A stretch of DNA of 64,000 nucleotides from Deferribacteres bacterium (lineage in GTDB: Bacteria; Zhuqueibacterota; Zhuqueibacteria; Zhuqueibacterales; Geothermadaptataceae), in contig JACKDF010000002.1 in the NCBI GenBank assembly GCA_020633655.1, forward strand, positions 75,895 through 139,894, given 5' to 3'. The first letter of the stretch is position 1. Every line of letters starts with the position of its first letter. Of the stretch, positions 35,971 to 44,493 are shown piece by piece. The notes under the pieces are model-generated. The model did no database searches. It was given only the letters and a program-made list of their open reading frames with translations, and was not told the DNA's origin. The position numbers and the translations under genes are program-made.

Positions 35971-38469
35971 TCAGTTATCATTTGAAATGTGGCGACCTTT
36001 GGAATGGATCGGTAGTGTTATTTCAAAGACAGTTCCATTTTCCGTTTTACTTTCAACGCTCAGTTTTCCATTGTGCTGGTTTACGATTTGTTTGGCAAAA
36101 AGCAATCCCATTCCGGAACCTTCCGGTTTTGTACTATAGTTCGGTTCAAAGATTTTTTCGAGCTGGGCCGGAGTGATGCCGTGCCCGGTATCTTCTACAC
36201 GAATTAATATGTACTGGTCTGGCATCCCAGCCAAATTTTGAAGCGTATTAACCTGAATCGTAATTTTGCCTTTCCCATCTAACGCATCAATTGCATTTTC
36301 AATGAGTATATGCATGAGAAGCTCGATTTGCCTTTTATCCCATGCGGCCATTCTATATTTGGTCATAAAGATCAAATTAATTTTCAGGTTTTCTGTTACA
36401 AACGCCTTAAAATGATCGATGCACTCAGAAAGCAGGTTCTCAATATGCACTGGCTTGAGGTTTATCTCCGCCAAGTCCGTGAATTTCGAAAAATTCTTGC
36501 TGATGCTGATAATCCTTCTGATTTCTGAATTAGCGACTTCAATTTCATTCTGCAGTTTATCCGCAATTGCGGGTGATTCATCCATGAGTTGCAAATATAT
36601 AGTCTGTAATTTAATCTGCACTCCAGCCAGGGGATTTTTGATATCGTGCACCATACGCCGAACGTTGCGTTGCCAGTTTTGTTGCCGCTCCAAAAGGACT
36701 TGTTCTGTGTTGTCACGTATCTCAATCAAATAAGCATTTCCAAACTGCGAGATGTTCAGGAGGGGTGTTATAGTGATACTGCCTATAAAACTCGATGAAG
36801 CGCTGGAAAACGAGATAGTCTCATTTATTTGTCTGGATTCTTTCAAGGCAAGGTGAATAAGTTCGCAGATTTCTTTGCGCTCCTGCAACAGTGAAAAGAC
36901 ATCCTGTTCAGTTTCGGAGTGCTTCGCAAGCATTAATGTTTGTTCGACTTTATGATTTATTGTGAGAATCCGGCCTTTGTTGTTAATGAGTAATATGGCA
37001 TTGTCAGATTCTTTCAGTGAAAAGCGGAAGTAGGCAAAGTAGATGCGGAGGCGAATAAAAACAAGCTGCAGAGCGTAGAGCATTGACGAGTAAAGAACGA
37101 CCTGAAGAATAAACAACGGCCACAACCATGCATGCATAAAAGAAGGATTCAATTTGGTTAAATAGGAATATTTCGATGTGTTTAAAGCAATTTCATCCTG
37201 CTCTCCGGGTGTCTTTTTCAAGCTGATACGATCAAGCTTTTCACCGTCCTCCATTTCGAAAGAAGCAATTTTTTCCATCTTATCATTCATGAAGTAGACG
37301 TTGTTTCCCGCGAGATAGTAAAAATTGCTTTTCCCATCGTTATCAATATCAACGGTTTCACTCAAGGTTTTCGTTTCATCAATTAAGATGCAATCCAGCA
37401 CAACCAGGTTGGTATCAATGGTGAGTTTTTTTGACAGCTGCCATCCTTTGGAATAAACCTGTCCGCGTCTTTTTTCATCGAATTTGAAAACATCCGTCGT
37501 ATAGCCATTTAATTTTTTTTCAGCAACTATATGGAAATACTTGTCCAGTTTCAAAATTTCTGTATTCCGGTCTGCCTGTGTTGCGATGAGATAAACAAAT
37601 GGATTTGGTTTAAAATCACCCGGAGTAAATTTGATCCCGCCAAACGTCCCTTCCTTTTTCATGGAATACAATAAGTCAAGTTGCTGATTGAAAACAAAAA
37701 ACCAGGAAAAAGCATCGCTATATTTTACCGAGTCGGGAAAATTGCTTGTTGCGCTGGTCCCGATTAGAATTTCATCTTTCCCATCAGCATTTAGATCAAA
37801 CATATCTGAGTAACCCAACGCAGCATTGAACCGGAATTCATTTATAAGCGCGTGCTTTTTCAGATCAAATTCGAATATTCCCCTTGGTTTGAGCGAGCGC
37901 CCTGAAAAAATTGTAAAAAATAATGACATTGGTTTGTCCGGTGAATACAAAGCATGAATCCTTCCAATATCCCAATTCTTCTGTGTATTGTGTTCCCGTC
38001 CATGAAGTACAAACGTATCAAAAATCTCTCTTTTTGCTGGATCCGTAATGTCAATTATTGAAAGAAAAAGCGAATCCCTGCCTTGGGTCCACACGATAAG
38101 CTCATCAATTTGGTCTTCCGTTACATCCAGAAATTGCAGATGGTGAATCAGAATACTGTCCTGCAGATACCACTGATTGATGAGTCTTTCACCACCGGAA
38201 TTTACATTGATATAATATGTATCCTGCGGGCGTGGATGGTTATAGATTTCAATGCGCTCGCTGCTACCGTCGTTATCTAAATCCCTGTATAAAACCTGTG
38301 AAATACGCGCAACTGGTATTTTGGGTTCACTGAGTACAAATTCATACTGCAACGTATTCACAGAAAACCAGGCAGTGATGGTGATTGCGCACGTTAGAGC
38401 AAGTAGGAAAACGATAATCCGGGTTTTTGTTAAAGCAGACTTCATTGACAGTACGGCATCCTGTGGCAT
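35971..38469 (-). CDS. Sensor histidine kinase with a large extracytoplasmic FG-GAP/VCBS-like (DxDxDG) domain, TM, PAS-like, HisKA and HATPase_c
   Basis: N-terminal TM. Periplasmic DLDNDGSSE, DLNADGKDE and DIDNDGKSN loops. Second TM (LWPLFILQVVLYSSMLYAL). H-box HDIKNPLAGV. N/G boxes ENAIDAL, EDTGHGI and GSGMGL. Confidence 0.85.
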   Translation of the reverse strand: MPQDAVLSMKSALTKTRIIVFLLALTCAITITAWFSVNTLQYEFVLSEPKIPVARISQVLYRDLDNDGSSERIEIYNHPRPQDTYYINVNSGGERLINQWYLQDSILIHHLQFLDVTEDQIDELIVWTQGRDSLFLSIIDITDPAKREIFDTFVLHGREHNTQKNWDIGRIHALYSPDKPMSLFFTIFSGRSLKPRGIFEFDLKKHALINEFRFNAALGYSDMFDLNADGKDEILIGTSATSNFPDSVKYSDAFSWFFVFNQQLDLLYSMKKEGTFGGIKFTPGDFKPNPFVYLIATQADRNTEILKLDKYFHIVAEKKLNGYTTDVFKFDEKRRGQVYSKGWQLSKKLTIDTNLVVLDCILIDETKTLSETVDIDNDGKSNFYYLAGNNVYFMNDKMEKIASFEMEDGEKLDRISLKKTPGEQDEIALNTSKYSYLTKLNPSFMHAWLWPLFILQVVLYSSMLYALQLVFIRLRIYFAYFRFSLKESDNAILLINNKGRILTINHKVEQTLMLAKHSETEQDVFSLLQERKEICELIHLALKESRQINETISFSSASSSFIGSITITPLLNISQFGNAYLIEIRDNTEQVLLERQQNWQRNVRRMVHDIKNPLAGVQIKLQTIYLQLMDESPAIADKLQNEIEVANSEIRRIISISKNFSKFTDLAEINLKPVHIENLLSECIDHFKAFVTENLKINLIFMTKYRMAAWDKRQIELLMHILIENAIDALDGKGKITIQVNTLQNLAGMPDQYILIRVEDTGHGITPAQLEKIFEPNYSTKPEGSGMGLLFAKQIVNQHNGKLSVESKTENGTVFEITLPIHSKGRHISNDN

Positions 38470-38588
38470 TTATTTAAACTTGGAGGAACGGACATCTGCG
38501 AATTGCGGACAAACAAATGTAACGTATCCAAACATAAATCCAAACGTGAAGTTACGCTCGCGGACCGGTTTTATCCGGTGCCATACCT

Positions 38589-38602
38589 TTGCCAAATGGC
38601 AA
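38589..38602. promoter_or_regulatory. Palindrome TTGCCA-AA-TGGCAA, candidate enhancer (UAS) site about 80 bp upstream of the candidate sigma-54 promoter
   Basis: Perfect 6+2+6 inverted repeat in the divergent intergenic region. Its function is purely inferred. Confidence 0.2.
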
Positions 38603-38677
38603 CGTTCACACATTAAAACGTTGTCGTTTGGAGACGTTTTTTTCTTGGGTCATAACCGGATTGTGCAGAGGTTGGCA

Positions 38678-38693
38678 TGGCACAGTAGTTGTG
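38678..38693 (+). promoter_or_regulatory. Candidate sigma-54 (-24/-12) promoter TGGCAC-agtag-TTGTg
   Basis: Matches TGGCAC-N5-TTGC at 9 of 10 conserved positions with correct spacing. It lies in the divergent region next to the NtrC-family regulator operon. Confidence 0.35.
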
Positions 38694-38703
38694 TATTCAG
38701 AAG

Positions 38704-38838
38704 AATTGATTTCCTGATGAAATCACAAGTTCCAGCCCGGCGATTCCCTGAGGGGAGGAATTGCCGGGACTTGCTTGAATCGGCTAAAAGGAGCCGACCA
38801 CACAGGTAAATCCTAAGCGTGATCAGGATTACCTTTTT
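38704..38838 (+). ncRNA. Candidate structured leader or small RNA downstream of the sigma-54-like promoter (three hairpins, the last followed by T5)
   Basis: Hairpins at 38708..38724 (gatttc/gaaatc), 38736..38768 (cccggcgattcc/ggaattgccggg, 12 bp with one G-U) and 38805..38833 (ggtaaatcct/aggattacc), followed by ttttt. No expression evidence. Confidence 0.25.
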
Positions 38839-38898
38839 CATATAAATAAAATCATTCTACATCGCTACTCAACCGGAACTCCATAAAAGGAGAAAAAA

Positions 38899-39984
38899 AT
38901 GAAAAAACTACTCGCTATTGTATTTGTTTCTGCCCTCGTTTTTCTAACCAGCTGTGATAAAAAAACGCCTATAGCTCCCGACAATGAATACCAATCAACA
39001 AATAAACAAGTCCTGTTGAAATCCACAGCAGATTTAAATTTAGGGTGTTTGGTTTTTGGTCCGACCATCTTCGAAAGATACACCGGAAAACCGGAAACAG
39101 AAGTCATTGAATTTTCATTACAAAACATGACATCAAGTTATCTAATTATATTGACAAATGGCGATCAATCTAAAAATTCAAAGGTTTCGAGTTGTACTGT
39201 TGTTATCAACGATGAAACAATAATTTCTACAAACGAACTAAATAAAAACGTAGATAAACTAGAAAAAGAAATAAGCCTTGATTTTGAAAATGAAATTAGT
39301 GTCCAGGTTAATGGGAAACCGGGAAGTTTTTTAACCATAACAATTTACGAAATATCTTCCTGTCCATGCTCTTTAACTGATATAGATGGCAATGTTTATG
39401 CAACAATTCAAATTGGAGATCAATGCTGGATGATTGAAAATCTAAGAGTAACCCATTACCGCAACGGCGAAGCAATTCCTAACTTAACCAGTAATTCTGA
39501 TTGGAGCAATACTTCTTCAGGAGCATACTGTGCCTATGGTAACGACAATGCATACATCAGTCAATATGGACTGCTGTACAATGCCTACGCCGTCGAAGAC
39601 AGCAGGAATATTGCGCCTGAAGGCTGGCATGTGGCAACAGACGCAGAATGGAAAGAACTGGAAAGTTATCTCGGAATTTCTGCAACAGATTTGGATATGA
39701 TTGGATGGCGTGGTACAGATGAAGGGGATAAAATAAAATCAGAAACAGGTTGGAATGCCGGCGGAAATGGAACGAATGAAAGTGGTTTTACTGCAATACC
39801 AGCTGGCTATCGCAATCGATTTGGTACCTTTAAAAATTTAGGTAATGTGGCGGATTTCTGGACTGCAACTGAAAACGATATGAGTACATCCTGGGCAAGA
39901 GAATTGTATTATTCGCATTCAGAAGTATACCGAACCTACGGCAGCAAACCAAATGGTTTTAGTGTGCGACTTGTTCGCGACTAA
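38899..39984 (+). CDS. Lipoprotein with C-terminal Fibrobacter succinogenes major paralogous (FISUMP) domain
   Basis: Lipobox LTSC. DIDGNVYATIQIGDQCWMIENLRVTHYRNGEAIP ... GLLYNAYAV ... IAPEGWHVATDAEWKELESYLG ... GFSVRLVRD is the classic FISUMP signature. Confidence 0.8.
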   Translation: MKKLLAIVFVSALVFLTSCDKKTPIAPDNEYQSTNKQVLLKSTADLNLGCLVFGPTIFERYTGKPETEVIEFSLQNMTSSYLIILTNGDQSKNSKVSSCTVVINDETIISTNELNKNVDKLEKEISLDFENEISVQVNGKPGSFLTITIYEISSCPCSLTDIDGNVYATIQIGDQCWMIENLRVTHYRNGEAIPNLTSNSDWSNTSSGAYCAYGNDNAYISQYGLLYNAYAVEDSRNIAPEGWHVATDAEWKELESYLGISATDLDMIGWRGTDEGDKIKSETGWNAGGNGTNESGFTAIPAGYRNRFGTFKNLGNVADFWTATENDMSTSWARELYYSHSEVYRTYGSKPNGFSVRLVRD

Positions 39985-39994
39985 CTTTTACTCA

Positions 39995-40023
39995 CTTACA
40001 GCCATGGCGACCGTGGCTGTAAG
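39995..40023. repeat. Hairpin family B copy (cttacagccatgg-cga-ccgtggctgtaag) downstream of the FISUMP gene
   Basis: 13-bp stem with one mismatch and the shared GCCATGG/CCGTGGC core. Confidence 0.75.
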
Positions 40024-40137
40024 ATGCCAATTTTAAGCGGTTAAATTAATCTGTTACAACCAGATTCGATAACAAATATCATTTATTTTTTGAAAAGGGT
40101 AAAATTTCATTAAATCTTGGGCAACACGGAGGAATAG

Positions 40138-43100
40138 ATGATCTTCAGGCGCACTGCATTTTACTTAACAATTCTATTGACCGTAGGAAACTTCGCAAAT
40201 TTATCCGCCAAAACAATCTCACTTGCCGACAGTCTCTTCAAAGCGAATGTCTACTCGGCAACCGGAGAGAACTGGACAACAATACAATCAAATCTTGTTC
40301 CCAGCTATTTCGGTTGGGAAAATCCAGCCGGTTCGGCTCTTTTCATTAAGGAGTTTCAACCTGTAGGCGGCGTTCTCAAAGAATGCCTGAGTCAACACCC
40401 GGAATGGAATCCCGTTATCGCGGCGACTGTTGCTGAATTTCAGGTTGAAAATCCACGCACGTTCTCAACATATTATGGATTTGGGGATGGCCAGATCGAA
40501 GGTGATGCCCGGTTTATCATTCAGGTATTGCATAACAGCATTTACACAACACTTTTGGATTCACTTGTAGCCGACAGCAACAATTGGCGGTATTTCGTCG
40601 GTGATTTATCGGCATGGAATACGGAATCCGTCACTTTGCGGCTGATCATCGAGCCGATAGATGATCCAAATGACGATTGGGCGCGGTGGGGAAACCCATC
40701 GGTTATCACAGAAGGCCAGCATCCGGCTTATCTGTCTGCCGCGTACACAAATTTAAGCACAACCTGTTCCTATCCCATCAATGATCCCCTGCTTATTGGC
40801 TTAAACAATGTTCGGCATGTCAATTTTCACCCCAATCCATTCGGGAATAACGAGCCGGTACTTGCTGTGACAAACTACTTGCAGAATGGTACCGTCCATT
40901 TAATGGTAAAATCAGCAACAGAAAATACATTTGAGATAAAATGGACAGCCCCACTTTTTCAGAATTATGGTGGAAAAGATACACCCCGCTACGTCTTGTT
41001 CGGTGATTTAGATAATGACGGCATCATCGAAATTATCTATCCGTTAAACGACCTTGGCATTCTCATTTATGAATGGGATGGTATACCCGGAAGCTACAAC
41101 TTTGGTTCGAGTCCGTCCCAGATCATCCAGGAACCTACACTTCTCACACAAATTCATGGCCGGGTCGAGTATATCGCTCATACGGATATTGACAATGATG
41201 GTATGAATGAATTGCTCTTTCCCTATGACCAGGAGGCGTTTGCAGGCAACGATGATCTCGAGTGTTTTTATATTGTCAGCGCCAACGGGAACTGGTCAAC
41301 GAACAATGCAGGGAATTCGTCCCTCAATCGTGAATTCCAAATGCAAAGAGCCTACCGTCTCGAATACGGTATGGGTGGCAGTCCCTTTGCGATGATTCCT
41401 GCAGATTTTGACGGGGACGGTCAAAAAGAAGTGCTGATCCACAATTGGAATTTCAAGAACATTACTATTTTACAAGTAACAGGACCGGACACTTACCAAT
41501 TGGCATCGACCGAAAATGGCAAACAGCATTTGTATTTAACCGAACCCAATGATGATGTCGCATTGTTTGGTGGCATGGCTTGTGATATCGATAACGATGG
41601 CCGGGATGAAATTTACCTCCCCACCACAACACCCAATTGGAGTACGCACGAAAATGACGGTATCGTGCATATGATTTCCTATGATGGTAACCAATCGTTA
41701 AACGAGATTGATGAATCAAATGTGGTAACGTTGAATTTAGGTAGTGTTAGTGATGATAGATATCTTTTAGGTTTTGGGACCGGTGATATTGACAATGATG
41801 GCAAACCCAACATATATTTTTCTGCTAAGGGCGGCATATTTTTAGTGTCTGCCGAATTTCAAGGCGGAAATAAAAAAAATCAAAACAACTGGCTATTTGA
41901 AAGACTGTTTATCGGGAGTCCAACGGGTACCGAATCGGGTTTTGCAATAATCGAAGATAAATTTGGTAACCGGGATTCCGTTGCACACTATTTTGGCGGC
42001 AACATCTCAAAAATTCATGCCAATTACACTGACTTTGATAACGATGGTTACGAAGATATTATCGTGCCCTATCAGGGATTTTCTCAAAATGTGGAGTATG
42101 CAGAAAGTGTTTGGGATTCGCAATCGGGAGAGTATATAACCTCCCGATATACATCGCCAAATGATAAAAGGTGGTCAATTCGTTTACTGGAGGCGAAAAC
42201 GCCCTATACCAAATCGCTGCATGTCATTTCTCCAAATGGAAGCGATTTTTTTGAACCGGATCACGCGCATGGTATCGCCTGGAACGCCTCATTTATCGAC
42301 AGTATTCTGATCGAGTACAGCGATGACGCCGGTTCCAACTGGCACACCATCGTTTCCTCATTTCCGGCACGAGAAAGACATTTCAGGTGGATGGTTCCAT
42401 CGGGAATTGCTTCCGAAAACTGCCTGGTGCGAATCACATCCCTCGAACCTTCCGGTTTAACAGATGCGAGTGACAATCCTTTTACGATTATCGAAAACAC
42501 GGCACCGACAATAACCTTTCCGGCATTATCAGATACCATATCGCCGGGCAATGCCTATACTTTCACACCCGGCATTGAAGACACTGAGCAGGAAGATGTG
42601 CAGTTAACCATCCTGGAAGCACCGGCGTGGTTAGCTGTTGTTGATAATCTAAGCCTGAGTGGTACACCTGGCAATTCCGGAAGCGGGGAGTTCAGCATTG
42701 CATTTCGTGCGGATGATCAATATGGCGGCGTTACAGATACCTCCTTTATTCTGACAGTTTTGAATAACCAGCCACCCATTCCGATAACGGATCTTCAGTT
42801 GATTGAAGAACCGGAAGAAACGACTTTATGGTTAAAATGGACAGCCCCCGGTTCAAATTGGGATCAGGGTGATGCGACTAGTTATGATTTGCGATACAGC
42901 GAATCACCTATTACGGAAAGTAATTTTAGCAGTGCGCCGGAAATCAATTTTTTGACTTCTCCCGTTAGCCCCTGGCCGTATGCGCTTCCCAATAGTGCAG
43001 GATTTCCTGACAGTGTTCAGGTCACAGGCCTGCAGAGCTCGACACGATACTATTTCGCTATAAAGTCAATCAACAACAAGGGACAAGAGTCGGCTATTTC

Positions 43101-44133
43101 GAATGTTTTAAGTGTAATTACGGCAGGAACACAGAGCAATTTTCCACCTGAAGTGATTACACATGGCGCCAGTTCTGCCGTGATAAATGAGGCCTATAAC
43201 TACAATACGACGAACAAAGCGCTGGCTGTTGGCTCTGATCCAATCATCTGGTCGAAAATTAAAGGCCCGGATGGACTTCTAATAAATTCGGATGGCTCGA
43301 TAAACTGGACGCCGACGGAACTCGACGCATCAAATGGTTCCTTGCTTTATATCATTCGGGCGTCAAACACTTTTGGCAGCGCGGATGATAGTGTCACCGT
43401 TGCTTTTTCCACAAACAATAAAACAGAAACGGTAACATCTTCGACATCAGCGCAATTCCTCGATTTCTCAGAATCCGGGGCCACCATGCCTGATTTTGCG
43501 AATAATTCTGATTTATCGGGTGCGATTACTGTAAGTGAAATCGACACGATCCCTGAGAATCCTGGAAGTACACCAGACTTCGACTTTGGAAATCAGTACT
43601 GGGTCATCGATTCCTCAGTGCCGGATAACACATTTTCCACAACCCTCGTTTTTTATTACGATGAAAATCAGCTGGGCGATATTTCCGAAAATGAACTCAT
43701 CATTGCGCATCGCGAAAATGAAGAAGTGGAATGGACTGTATATCCTGCACAACAAAAAAACACGGATCAAAATACAATAACTTTATTGAACGTTCATCAA
43801 TTCTCGATGTTTTCCACCGCTGATAATTTATTGGCTACGTCGGTTATGAATGAATTATCAGTGATTTCTTCGGATTTTTATTTATACCAAAATTATCCCA
43901 ACCCTTTCAATCCGGTGACAACAATTGCATTCGAAATTGCCGAACCGCAAATTGTCATTGTAAAAATCTATAATATCCAGGGGAGATTGATCAAAACGCT
44001 GGTGAATCAGGAAAAAGCAGCAGGTAGACACCGAATCATTTTCGATGGTGCCAATCTGGTGTCCGGAATTTATTTTTACAGCGTTCAGGCAGGGCAATAT
44101 ATTGCGACGAAAAAAATGCTACTGGTGAAGTGA
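40138..44133 (+). CDS. Giant secreted FG-GAP/VCBS-repeat protein with Ig-like and fibronectin-III-like modules and T9SS C-terminal sorting domain
   Basis: Signal peptide. DxDxDG loops DLDNDGIIE, DIDNDGMNE, DFDGDGQKE, DIDNDGRDE, DIDNDGKPN and DFDNDGYED. Putative Ig module PAWLAVVDNLSLSGTPGNSGSGEF. C-terminal QNYPNPFNPVTTIAFEIA...GIYFYSV...KKMLLVK. Confidence 0.8.
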   Translation: MIFRRTAFYLTILLTVGNFANLSAKTISLADSLFKANVYSATGENWTTIQSNLVPSYFGWENPAGSALFIKEFQPVGGVLKECLSQHPEWNPVIAATVAEFQVENPRTFSTYYGFGDGQIEGDARFIIQVLHNSIYTTLLDSLVADSNNWRYFVGDLSAWNTESVTLRLIIEPIDDPNDDWARWGNPSVITEGQHPAYLSAAYTNLSTTCSYPINDPLLIGLNNVRHVNFHPNPFGNNEPVLAVTNYLQNGTVHLMVKSATENTFEIKWTAPLFQNYGGKDTPRYVLFGDLDNDGIIEIIYPLNDLGILIYEWDGIPGSYNFGSSPSQIIQEPTLLTQIHGRVEYIAHTDIDNDGMNELLFPYDQEAFAGNDDLECFYIVSANGNWSTNNAGNSSLNREFQMQRAYRLEYGMGGSPFAMIPADFDGDGQKEVLIHNWNFKNITILQVTGPDTYQLASTENGKQHLYLTEPNDDVALFGGMACDIDNDGRDEIYLPTTTPNWSTHENDGIVHMISYDGNQSLNEIDESNVVTLNLGSVSDDRYLLGFGTGDIDNDGKPNIYFSAKGGIFLVSAEFQGGNKKNQNNWLFERLFIGSPTGTESGFAIIEDKFGNRDSVAHYFGGNISKIHANYTDFDNDGYEDIIVPYQGFSQNVEYAESVWDSQSGEYITSRYTSPNDKRWSIRLLEAKTPYTKSLHVISPNGSDFFEPDHAHGIAWNASFIDSILIEYSDDAGSNWHTIVSSFPARERHFRWMVPSGIASENCLVRITSLEPSGLTDASDNPFTIIENTAPTITFPALSDTISPGNAYTFTPGIEDTEQEDVQLTILEAPAWLAVVDNLSLSGTPGNSGSGEFSIAFRADDQYGGVTDTSFILTVLNNQPPIPITDLQLIEEPEETTLWLKWTAPGSNWDQGDATSYDLRYSESPITESNFSSAPEINFLTSPVSPWPYALPNSAGFPDSVQVTGLQSSTRYYFAIKSINNKGQESAISNVLSVITAGTQSNFPPEVITHGASSAVINEAYNYNTTNKALAVGSDPIIWSKIKGPDGLLINSDGSINWTPTELDASNGSLLYIIRASNTFGSADDSVTVAFSTNNKTETVTSSTSAQFLDFSESGATMPDFANNSDLSGAITVSEIDTIPENPGSTPDFDFGNQYWVIDSSVPDNTFSTTLVFYYDENQLGDISENELIIAHRENEEVEWTVYPAQQKNTDQNTITLLNVHQFSMFSTADNLLATSVMNELSVISSDFYLYQNYPNPFNPVTTIAFEIAEPQIVIVKIYNIQGRLIKTLVNQEKAAGRHRIIFDGANLVSGIYFYSVQAGQYIATKKMLLVK

Positions 44134-44200
44134 AAAATTGATATACGTGAGTCGATGCAAGAAAAATTGAAGACAAAATGAATGAATTTATGATCTAATC

Positions 44201-44286
44201 CGAAGGCGTTCCGCCGAGCGGAATACACATTTTCGTCGGCGGGACGCCTTCGCTCTATCACTTGCGGCCACGGTCACCGTGGTCGC
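44201..44286. repeat. Two consecutive GC-rich hairpins: cgaaggcgttccgccg/cggcgggacgccttcg (16-bp stem) and a family B copy gcggccacgg-tca-ccgtggtcgc
   Basis: Read directly from the sequence, downstream of the 40138..44133 gene. Confidence 0.8.
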
Positions 44287-44493
44287 ATTCATATGACGCT
44301 CAGGGTCCCTACTTATATCCTCAATATACACATCTCGAATTTGGCCAAATTAATTACTAAATACTTGCGGATACTTTTATTTACATTGGATAAAGATTCA
44401 AATGTTGTAGAAGAGACGATATATGGCTATTTTCTCGCTCTCATAAAATTGTGATTTTCACAACGATAGTTTTGCTTATTTAAGGAGAAGCAT

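Noticed and set aside
38252-38841. 185-aa + ORF (38252..38809) and 63-aa - ORF (38650..38841) in the HK/FISUMP divergent region
   Set aside because: The first overlaps the histidine-kinase N-terminus antisense and runs through the intergenic region without an RBS. The second has no RBS and overlaps the hairpin-rich candidate leader.
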